This document shows positions 56,328-64,000 of a stretch of DNA of 64,000 bases, piece after piece. The notes below the pieces were generated by a model that searched no databases, had not been told where the DNA came from, and worked only from the letters and a program-made list of their open reading frames with translations. Position 1 is the first letter of the stretch. Each line of letters begins with the position of its first letter. This stretch comes from Cyanophora paradoxa CCMP329 (Eukaryota; Plantae; Glaucophyta). The stretch spans positions 1-64,000 of the forward strand of contig QPMI01000218.1 of the NCBI GenBank assembly GCA_004431415.1. The letters run 5' to 3'. The position numbers and the translations under genes are program-made.

Positions 56328-59300
56328 TTATGCTACCATCTTCCCTGTTGCTATATAACTCATTTGATAGTGGAAAAGTCCAATGCTTTCATTGAATGCA
56401 TGTTCTGCCGAAATTGTTGCATGAATAGTAAATGTTGTTGTTGTGGAACTTGTGACACCATATACCAATACATATGAACCACCATTATATCCTTGTATCA
56501 GATTGAGAACCACTTCTGGGGCTTCCGCAAATGCTTTCGGGAATGTGACAACCTGTGGAAATCCCCAATGACCCGGACCTGTGATTGTCAAAGATTTTGA
56601 GAATTTCCCTGTTTGTATATACTGGTCTTTATTGACACGCTGTTCTGAAACAAGTTTTGCGATCTTTGTATTATCTGTTTCATCCATTGCATAATATGCT
56701 CTTGCGTAAGCATTTCCCCGACATAATAACGTTTTATCGTATATATTTGCGGAATTGTGGAAAAACCATTGTTCTAAATAAAGTGGCGCATTCGGTTGGT
56801 AAATTTGACCGGATCCCACATACATGGTGTTATTGGCTGTAATTGTATTCGCTACAAATGGGTCTAAGGTTGGGAAATCCGTGATTTCCGATTTTGTGTG
56901 AGTATGGGCGAAGTCTGTTATATTTGCCTTTGTGTGACTATGTGCGAAATCTGTGATATCTGCTTTAAAATGAGAGTGAGGACCGACAGTCGTAGAAGCT
57001 GTTGGCTTCCCGTATATATTATTCCAATGGAGGAAACCACTGTGTGACGATATAGCGGGGTTTTTGCTCCAACCAACAGTAATCGGACCTGGAAGATAAA
57101 TTCTTCCTATTTGTCCTTGAACACCAACTTTAACAAGTCCTTCACAATTTATTGCAACAAACTGTTTAAAATCTCTCACAGGATTAATTCCAGGAGCATA
57201 GGCATTTACTCGTAAACGAGTATAAGTATTGTTTGATGGTTCAATTCCAACAACATCAAAGTATCTACTGTCATACTGACACGTATAATAGATATAACAT
57301 GATTTCATGTCTGTTGGAACAGTCCAATACATCTTACAGCTACTACAATCATCATCACCATCAATCCATGTGTTTGCCCAAGTGCTTGTGTCACCTACAA
57401 GTGGTTGCCCAAAATAATCTCTCCAATCTCCTGTGCGGTCTGTGGAAATACCACTTGTAGCGTCAAAATCAGTTGGTGAAGTGTATGTTGGTGTATTTAT
57501 CAGATCATCATAGTTTCCAGTTGTTGCCACAGTCGCAAATGTCGGGAAGTCTGTAATTTGAGACTTTGTGTGGGTATGGGCAAAATCTGTTATTTCTGAC
57601 TTTGTGTGAGTGTGTGAAAAATCTGTAATCTCTGACTTTGTGTGAGTGTGTGGATCAGGTGGGAAGGTTAATGGTCGAACATTGTGAACATTGGGTAATT
57701 CAATGCGACTAATTGGAGTGTTTGGATCTAATACATATTCAGCACCAAGGTGGACAACAGGAAATGTTTGATCATTCGGAGTAGTAACAAAGAAATTAGA
57801 AGCATGCACATCACCTGCAATTGTTCCACCTGTTAGTGGTAAATAATCATGATCGTGTGAATCAGGTGGATAGGTCGATGGGGGATTGACGATATGCTCC
57901 CAGAAATGCTTGTGAACATTGGGTAATTCAAGACGACTAAATGGGGTGTTTGGATCTAAAACATATTCAGCACCAAGGTGGACAACAGGGAATGACTGAT
58001 CATTCGGAGTGTCCACAAAGAAATTCGGAGCATGCACATCACCTGTGAGAGTCCCGCCTGTAAGGGGTAAATAATTCCCAAGAGCCGACGTTAATTCGGT
58101 ATCTGTAACATAATCTTCAAGAATTGCTGCAAGTTCTGTATCATCTACATAGTTTTTGCTTTCGAGGTAATCATCTGTTACCACACCTGAAAGGGTTGTA
58201 TTGTGTAAGTTTTTCGCCGCCATTCTCTGATTGACTTCTAAGGCGCCTCCTGTTGTTGTTTTAATCCATGCAATCTCGCATTTTCCGTGATCATCTGTGG
58301 GTTGTCCCACAACAGGAAGATAGTTTACAACTTTCTCCCTTGTGAAAACTATCTTAGGTCTTGCTCCATCATATGCACTTTGATCTGTTACATTTACTTG
58401 TATTGCTGCTGAAAAATCCGCTTCTTGTCCTATTTCTCCTGGGTGATAATTCGTAACATAGATACTGGGGAAAGTATCATTTACGCCTACATTGAAATCG
58501 CCACTATAAACTCCATTTACGATTGGATCCCGTGGTAATCTTACAGCAAGAGTTCCCACCATCGGTGTGCCTGTTTCACCTGTAAACGACCCATTGAGAT
58601 TTACGTAATGATCATTCAAAAATAGCCTTTCAGGTGTATTAATCGATTGGTAAAGTGTGACCCCATTAAAAACGTTTCCGATTGCATTCAATTGCGCAAA
58701 AACTGGCTGCTCATCTATTTCATCCCATGGGTGCCTGTGGTTACTATTAGTAATCTCTGAGTAATCATGTGTGTGTTTTCCCGGTGGGAAGGTGGATGGG
58801 GGATTTGTGATATGCTCCCATAAATGAGTGTGGGCGAAATCTGTTATTTGATCTTTTGTGTGAGTGTGGGCAAAATCTGTAATATCTGCTTTTGTGTGTT
58901 TTTGCTTTGCTAACCAATCTAAAACAACATTCGATGTCGGGTGATTTGGTAGGTTTGCTTCAATCTTCACAGTGAGATAATCGACTATTACATTACTTCC
59001 ATTAATATTACTTGCCCATAGGTTACTGCTGTAAATGTTACTGGCATAAATGTTACTGGCATAAATGTTACTTGTAACTGTAAGGTTTGATGAAATTGTA
59101 AGATTAGATGAAATAACACCACCTTTGAGAGACAAGTAATCATGAGTGTGTGGATCAGGTGGGAAGGTTAATGGTCGATTGGTGATATGCTCCCACAAAT
59201 GCTCGTGAGAACTGGGTGGATAGGTTAATGGGGCATTGGTGATATGTTCCCACAAATGCTTGTGAGAATTGGGTAGTTCGATTCGACTAATTGGGGTGTT

Positions 59301-59783
59301 GTCGCCCAATATAAATTCGGCACCTGTATGCACGACCGGATTTCTTTGGATATACATATTGGATGCACCTATTACAGGTGCTATTATGGGCACATCCGAA
59401 TTAACGAGATTGCAAGTGATGGAGAAAATGGTTTTAGGGGCGAATAGATTGCAATCAAAGGTCACAGTAGCTGGATCAATAGTAGGATCGACATTTGAAC
59501 AGATCTGAAACATCCACCCTCCCACACAGTTGCAATTTAGATTTCGAAAGGCTGTTCCTGCCATTGCATCCACATAGCCTATCCCATTTGCTATGTCATA
59601 TATGTGACCAAACTCGTAACCAAAAATGTCATTCCACAGGTTGGAAGCCATAGCTCCCATCACATACCCTTTTAGATCTACTATCAGGTCATTGGATTCA
59701 CTGGGTATATTGGCGTGGGTTATATAAAAATTATTATCCAATACAGCATTCTTTATTGTCGTTTCTACTATGGGTTCAGTCAT
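56328..59783 (-). CDS. 1151-aa tail-fibre-like protein with HxH repeats and a C-terminal gp53/H-lectin-like tip
   Basis: Repeats HTHTKSEITDF, HLWEHITNPP, YLPLTGGTLTG, FATVATTGNYDDLINTP and SNIYA pentamers. C-terminus IQTGK..VVTFPKAFAEAPEVVL..TTTTFTI. Confidence 0.8.
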   Translation of the reverse strand: MTEPIVETTIKNAVLDNNFYITHANIPSESNDLIVDLKGYVMGAMASNLWNDIFGYEFGHIYDIANGIGYVDAMAGTAFRNLNCNCVGGWMFQICSNVDPTIDPATVTFDCNLFAPKTIFSITCNLVNSDVPIIAPVIGASNMYIQRNPVVHTGAEFILGDNTPISRIELPNSHKHLWEHITNAPLTYPPSSHEHLWEHITNRPLTFPPDPHTHDYLSLKGGVISSNLTISSNLTVTSNIYASNIYASNIYSSNLWASNINGSNVIVDYLTVKIEANLPNHPTSNVVLDWLAKQKHTKADITDFAHTHTKDQITDFAHTHLWEHITNPPSTFPPGKHTHDYSEITNSNHRHPWDEIDEQPVFAQLNAIGNVFNGVTLYQSINTPERLFLNDHYVNLNGSFTGETGTPMVGTLAVRLPRDPIVNGVYSGDFNVGVNDTFPSIYVTNYHPGEIGQEADFSAAIQVNVTDQSAYDGARPKIVFTREKVVNYLPVVGQPTDDHGKCEIAWIKTTTGGALEVNQRMAAKNLHNTTLSGVVTDDYLESKNYVDDTELAAILEDYVTDTELTSALGNYLPLTGGTLTGDVHAPNFFVDTPNDQSFPVVHLGAEYVLDPNTPFSRLELPNVHKHFWEHIVNPPSTYPPDSHDHDYLPLTGGTIAGDVHASNFFVTTPNDQTFPVVHLGAEYVLDPNTPISRIELPNVHNVRPLTFPPDPHTHTKSEITDFSHTHTKSEITDFAHTHTKSQITDFPTFATVATTGNYDDLINTPTYTSPTDFDATSGISTDRTGDWRDYFGQPLVGDTSTWANTWIDGDDDCSSCKMYWTVPTDMKSCYIYYTCQYDSRYFDVVGIEPSNNTYTRLRVNAYAPGINPVRDFKQFVAINCEGLVKVGVQGQIGRIYLPGPITVGWSKNPAISSHSGFLHWNNIYGKPTASTTVGPHSHFKADITDFAHSHTKANITDFAHTHTKSEITDFPTLDPFVANTITANNTMYVGSGQIYQPNAPLYLEQWFFHNSANIYDKTLLCRGNAYARAYYAMDETDNTKIAKLVSEQRVNKDQYIQTGKFSKSLTITGPGHWGFPQVVTFPKAFAEAPEVVLNLIQGYNGGSYVLVYGVTSSTTTTFTIHATISAEHAFNESIGLFHYQMSYIATGKMVA

Positions 59784-59820
59784 TATACTCTATTATGGAA
59801 TACTACAAAAATTAAGGTTG

Positions 59821-62800
59821 TTACATAACGTTTGGAACATGTTCATATATTCTCCCTTCTCGTTGTGCAATTTCCGCCATAAAGTCTGCATTATCTTTTA
59901 TTATTGATTCAGCCATTTGTTGTGCTCGTGATTTTTTGGGTGCTGCCCTACTTGCTGGTGGTTGATCAGTTCTCACAACACTAAGACCATGCCCCTCGGC
60001 TGACCTCACCTCTAACCCCACATCTCCTTCGGCTGTTTGGGTCACATTAAGCTCTGGTGTTGAGTATTTATTACCTGCACCTGCAATGGTTCTGTCTATG
60101 CATGCAAAACATAAAGCTCGGAATTTGTATGCAAGCACAAGTCCTCCAACACCGAGAATCGGCAAGAGAATGAGAAGCACTAACGTCCCGGGATCCATTC
60201 CTGGCGATCCGACTGGATTTGTAGGATTACTGGGATTATTAGGTGTCGTGTTTGGATCTGGATCAGTTGTAGGGGGATCTTTTGAATCGGGATCTGGGTT
60301 AGGCTGGTTCGGATTGGGATCGTTTGGTGGCGGCTCTGTCGACCCTGCTAATGATGTCGGCGCTGTGTATGCATTTGCAAACACGATGGGAGCCGTCGCT
60401 GGATTTCCTGTGGAGGATCCTGAGATTGCACCATAGGTATCTGCGAGATATTTGTATAATTCCTGTGTTACAGGCGGATTGCTCACAGATCGACACACCC
60501 AAATATTGCATGTGGTATCATAGACCGTGTCCCTGATAAAGGGCGGTAGAGCCGTCCCACTGAATGACTCAAAGAGTCCATTTCGCGATAGCAATCGATG
60601 CCCTGCATCACAATTTCCACCCTCGAAATATTTGGTAGCCGAAATTGCACCTTGCACATAAATATTGCATGTTGAGTGCAATCCAATGTTATCAAGGTTA
60701 GGAGTGTATCTGTCATCGAGCCGGACAGTGCACACCCATGGGGAAGCGGTTTTAATATATTTCTTATCGCCCACTTCGATTACATCTGTATTTGGGTGGC
60801 TGTCAAGCTGAGTCCAAACAGCATCATATCTGAAAGTGTAATAAACTAAGAGACCATCTGTGGACGATGTGAAAGCAAAGAAGGTCATAAAGTCCGTGGA
60901 TCCAAAGAAGTCAGCATTGGTCGATGTTAGGGTGACTCTGGGATAGCTCATATCCACAGTCTCAGAAGGATATGGAATATAAGAGGTGTAATTGCGATTG
61001 AACAGGTAATAGTGAAATCCATCTGAGACATTCGAGTGAGTGGGCAAGGTGACTGTTAAGGTCTTACTGCGATTTTCAAACGTGTTTTGTATGACAATAT
61101 TGCAAGTATTAATATATCGAGAATCGAAAAAGTAATTATTTGTGACACTGTTATTGATCAGAGTCGCATTGGTTCCATTAAATACGAAATTCTGCCCATT
61201 TATTCTCGTAGTATGGAGGTCGGTCACATCGAGAGGATACCTTATTTTCAAGCGGTCTTCGGGGTCAAATCGCGGAATAGTTCCTGTTGCCTTCCAATTG
61301 ATAGTAAAGGGAGGAGAAAGGGACACAGGTGGGATCGCTGAAAGATTAAATTTCGCAAAATACAACCCAACAGGATATGCTGTAAGAGCATATGTCACTG
61401 TTGCATTTCCGACAAGTGTGAAGCCGGTGGTTGTTATGTTAGTTGCAACAAATGGGGAGTAGCCGGCTGGTGCATTGTTAATAGAGGTGGTCGACCCATT
61501 ATTGATCACATACAAATTCGTGTCAGTTATTTCAATAGTTGGAGGGGAAACAAATGGTGTCTCAAATGTGAAATTAAAATTCGCTGGAACCGCTGCAAGG
61601 TATCTATATGTTGTTGCTGATATCTCGGATGCCTGGAATACTTTGCTTCCCCTCTGCACTACATTACTGGTGTCTTTCACATTGTGATAGGATATACTGG
61701 GAGTCGGGGAGAGCACCAACGAAATAGCATCTGGTAAATCAGACTTTGTAATATACAGCTCTTTAAGATACTCCTTTTTGAAAGGGGCGGTCAGATCTCC
61801 AATAGTAGCCGATGACCCTGCGACCACAATATTACAGGTGTTTGCATTCAAAGTATAAACTGTGTTCCACCTCAAAGAATTCGCCCCAAGATCGAAATTC
61901 TGTGAGAAGGGCACGATATTGCTACCTTGTAAATCTCGGTAAACCTTCACTCTGGGTTTGCTATCGAATTCAGGGGTGATATAATTGATGTTAAGAGTGA
62001 AACTAATAGTAGCTTCGGAACTCAATGAGTTGTTTCGGATGATAAGTAAATTGTATGTCTCGTTAATGACAAACGAAACCTGAAACCCTGTGGAGGTGAC
62101 ATTTTGGATAAATGCTTTATTAGATTCATTATTGTTATAGATAGGATTATAATAAGTAGTGTGATCCACCAATGAAACAGTGGGTATATTCGTCTCGAAA
62201 CCTGTGACACCCAACTGATCCCAAGTGAATGTATATGTAGGTTTGCCTACGTAAGCGACATAGACCCCATTTGCGAGCTGCTGAGGGTATCCCTCGACAG
62301 TGTAGGTCTCAGTTTGCGAAACCGAGCGGGAAAGGTTACTATTATAGTCGGTGTAGCTGATCAGTGCATTATCATTGGTAAGAATCTGATTAGGTCGGAG
62401 TGAGTGATTTAATGGAAGGATTAAATTGGAGGCAAACATGGAAACTCCATGCACCTCTGACCATCTCAGATTCGAGAGACCAATTCGGTATGCGTTATCA
62501 ATAGAAGGGTAAATGTTCCTTTTTGAGAGAATATGAGCCAGAGAAATTGCCAGCGCTCCATCTGCTGCAAACAGAGCATTAATTTCCGACTGCAAAGCGG
62601 CTATTTCGGTGGTGTGGGTCGTGAGGGTTCCATCCTGGCTGGAATCTTTGGTGTTCTTGCTCCTCTCGAACTCCAAAAACGCCTTTACGATGTCCTTGCC
62701 TAAAAGATCGTTTATATTGTCTCTGGTAATGTAAACATGATCTGTTCTCAGTGCCTGTTTCTCTGTGGTAAAAGCCGGAATCTCCTCTGCAAATGATATA

Positions 62801-63543
62801 GTCGTTTTATCAAGTGCTAAGGATCTCACATTCGGAGCATTGGCGCCAATTATATCCACAACGTTCCCATTTTCGACAATTTCTAAGGTCGGTTTCGCGG
62901 GGTCTAATGTGAAAACACCCTCTGTTATCTGGGGAACCGATTCGCTCTTCTGAATCACAAAGGATTCGATGTTTAGGTTACAGGTTGCGACATTGGTGGC
63001 GAAAAACGACTCGGAGTTGAGCGAGTTTACATTTAGGGTATCCGTAGTGATGTTACTTGCTGTAATGTTACTCGTCGTAAGATTACCTGCTGAGAGATCA
63101 TGGACGACCTCTACCTTTGTTTTCCGTGTGGATACTCCCGCTATAAGTGTGCTATTATCCACGATTCTCATAGCTGCATTTTGGAAACCGCTCTCATCTT
63201 GAATGAAGAAGTTTAAGCGACCTCTATCGAATGCTTTTGGGATGTTCCTACGATTATATCGCACCGTTTTCGGTAGCTGGCGGGTTGCCTGAATGCTGGC
63301 GACTCTGTTTCGTTCGTTATCATCAAGTAAAAAGTCGATTCCAAGTTTATGATCCCCTTTCTCGACGTTCATTAACTGCAAAGCTGCGGGTCTGCTCGGT
63401 GTCCCACTGACTGGATCTTCGCGGTCTGCATTGTAGTTTATTCTCAGAGACCCGCGAATTTCAGTGTTTACCTGATCAGTGTCCTCTATCTGAGTGGTCG
63501 AATTAATAACTCGTGCATCTGGTCGCGGATTCAGGAACGACAT
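59821..63543 (-). CDS. ~1240-aa fibre/lectin-like protein with a Pro-rich stalk and C-terminal transmembrane helix
   Basis: ATG at 63543 (MSFLNPRP). Coiled coil EIAALQSEINALF; two IxP....xGxxxLRW motifs; FTFETPFVSPPTI..NITTTGFT; PPPNDPNPNQPNPDP; TM LVLLILLPILGVGGLVLAY followed by KFR. Confidence 0.8.
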   Translation of the reverse strand: MSFLNPRPDARVINSTTQIEDTDQVNTEIRGSLRINYNADREDPVSGTPSRPAALQLMNVEKGDHKLGIDFLLDDNERNRVASIQATRQLPKTVRYNRRNIPKAFDRGRLNFFIQDESGFQNAAMRIVDNSTLIAGVSTRKTKVEVVHDLSAGNLTTSNITASNITTDTLNVNSLNSESFFATNVATCNLNIESFVIQKSESVPQITEGVFTLDPAKPTLEIVENGNVVDIIGANAPNVRSLALDKTTISFAEEIPAFTTEKQALRTDHVYITRDNINDLLGKDIVKAFLEFERSKNTKDSSQDGTLTTHTTEIAALQSEINALFAADGALAISLAHILSKRNIYPSIDNAYRIGLSNLRWSEVHGVSMFASNLILPLNHSLRPNQILTNDNALISYTDYNSNLSRSVSQTETYTVEGYPQQLANGVYVAYVGKPTYTFTWDQLGVTGFETNIPTVSLVDHTTYYNPIYNNNESNKAFIQNVTSTGFQVSFVINETYNLLIIRNNSLSSEATISFTLNINYITPEFDSKPRVKVYRDLQGSNIVPFSQNFDLGANSLRWNTVYTLNANTCNIVVAGSSATIGDLTAPFKKEYLKELYITKSDLPDAISLVLSPTPSISYHNVKDTSNVVQRGSKVFQASEISATTYRYLAAVPANFNFTFETPFVSPPTIEITDTNLYVINNGSTTSINNAPAGYSPFVATNITTTGFTLVGNATVTYALTAYPVGLYFAKFNLSAIPPVSLSPPFTINWKATGTIPRFDPEDRLKIRYPLDVTDLHTTRINGQNFVFNGTNATLINNSVTNNYFFDSRYINTCNIVIQNTFENRSKTLTVTLPTHSNVSDGFHYYLFNRNYTSYIPYPSETVDMSYPRVTLTSTNADFFGSTDFMTFFAFTSSTDGLLVYYTFRYDAVWTQLDSHPNTDVIEVGDKKYIKTASPWVCTVRLDDRYTPNLDNIGLHSTCNIYVQGAISATKYFEGGNCDAGHRLLSRNGLFESFSGTALPPFIRDTVYDTTCNIWVCRSVSNPPVTQELYKYLADTYGAISGSSTGNPATAPIVFANAYTAPTSLAGSTEPPPNDPNPNQPNPDPDSKDPPTTDPDPNTTPNNPSNPTNPVGSPGMDPGTLVLLILLPILGVGGLVLAYKFRALCFACIDRTIAGAGNKYSTPELNVTQTAEGDVGLEVRSAEGHGLSVVRTDQPPASRAAPKKSRAQQMAESIIKDNADFMAEIAQREGRIYEHVPNVM

Positions 63544-63586
63544 CCTCTTTATAAACAAAGAAGATATATAAGAAGTATATAAGATA

Positions 63587-64000
63587 ATGAAGACCGTTCT
63601 CGCTTTGAGTGGAGGGGGGTCGCGCGGAATAATCGAGGCTGCTATACTGGCACAGATTGAAGCCCAAACCGGTAAACGAATCCAACAGCTATTCGACTGC
63701 TTTGCGGGAACATCCACAGGTGGATTAATCGCGCTCCTATTGAATATCAAGGGAACCGATGGCGCCCCTAAATATACTGCCACTGATATTCTGGCGCTCT
63801 ACAAAGCGAAACTACCGCTGATTTTCGCGAATCCACGAGTGCTTACATCGATTGTACAGCGCCCAAAGTACGAAGCCACTAACTTAGAAGCTGTGGCTCT
63901 GGATCTCTGCGGCTCGGCGACTATGGCGGATCTCTATAAACCCACCATCGTGACTGCGTTCGACACGGTTCAAATGTCCCCCGTTTTTATTTCAAGCAAC
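63587..64000 (+). CDS. Patatin-like phospholipase (3' end beyond window; absent from the ORF track)
   Basis: MKTVLALSGGGSRGIIEAAIL (oxyanion GGGxR) and LFDCFAGTSTGGLIA (GxSxG nucleophile). Confidence 0.92.
   Translation, partial: MKTVLALSGGGSRGIIEAAILAQIEAQTGKRIQQLFDCFAGTSTGGLIALLLNIKGTDGAPKYTATDILALYKAKLPLIFANPRVLTSIVQRPKYEATNLEAVALDLCGSATMADLYKPTIVTAFDTVQMSPVFISSN

Larger units (their letters stand above)
54040..64000. mobile_element. AT-rich endogenous dsDNA virus-like element (Polinton-like virus/virophage or giant-virus fragment; class not determinable here); runs off the window
   Basis: Abrupt drop in GC, loss of introns and densely packed long ORFs with short AT-rich spacers. All six ATGs have A at -3. 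Gene content is fibre, C1q, patatin and Zn-ribbon. No capsid, ATPase, integrase or polymerase gene lies within the window. Confidence 0.8.

Noticed and set aside
63544-63783. 80-aa N-terminal extension of the 1320-aa ORF
   Set aside because: It starts at a non-ATG codon and is antisense to the patatin gene; ATG 63543 is the plausible start.
54040-64000. Definite assignment as a Polinton/Maverick or a diversity-generating retroelement
   Set aside because: No capsid, pPolB, integrase or reverse transcriptase lies in the window, and the fibre repeats are in-frame duplications rather than a TR/VR pair.

Overview
This is intron-rich, very GC-rich eukaryotic nuclear DNA. A cyanobacterial-type MraY and a fibrillin with Phe-containing N-terminal transit peptides point to a glaucophyte alga such as Cyanophora (inference). 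From left to right the host part holds: a cathepsin B-like gene whose three tandem ~1.24-kb units splice into one continuous polyprotein frame; an organellar IleRS head-to-head with the mitochondrial Rieske protein; a ubiquitin-like/PP2C fusion; plastid MraY; an XLF/NHEJ1-like gene; a stand-alone dynein microtubule-binding-domain gene; a PAP/fibrillin; an F-box gene; and a 662-bp non-autonomous CACTA element. A ~26-kb minus-strand gene follows, encoding REJ repeats, a GAIN/GPS autoproteolysis motif, one TM helix and about 49 fibronectin-III-like domains in 12 tandem ~1.37-kb units. From ~54,040 to the window end an AT-rich, intronless, virus-like element cuts off the 5' part of that gene. It carries a Zn-ribbon protein, phage-like fibre and C1q genes, a membrane-anchored fibre and a patatin. 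Scattered 1-bp indels in G/C runs look like long-read errors. All gene models were spliced by eye and no database searches were run.
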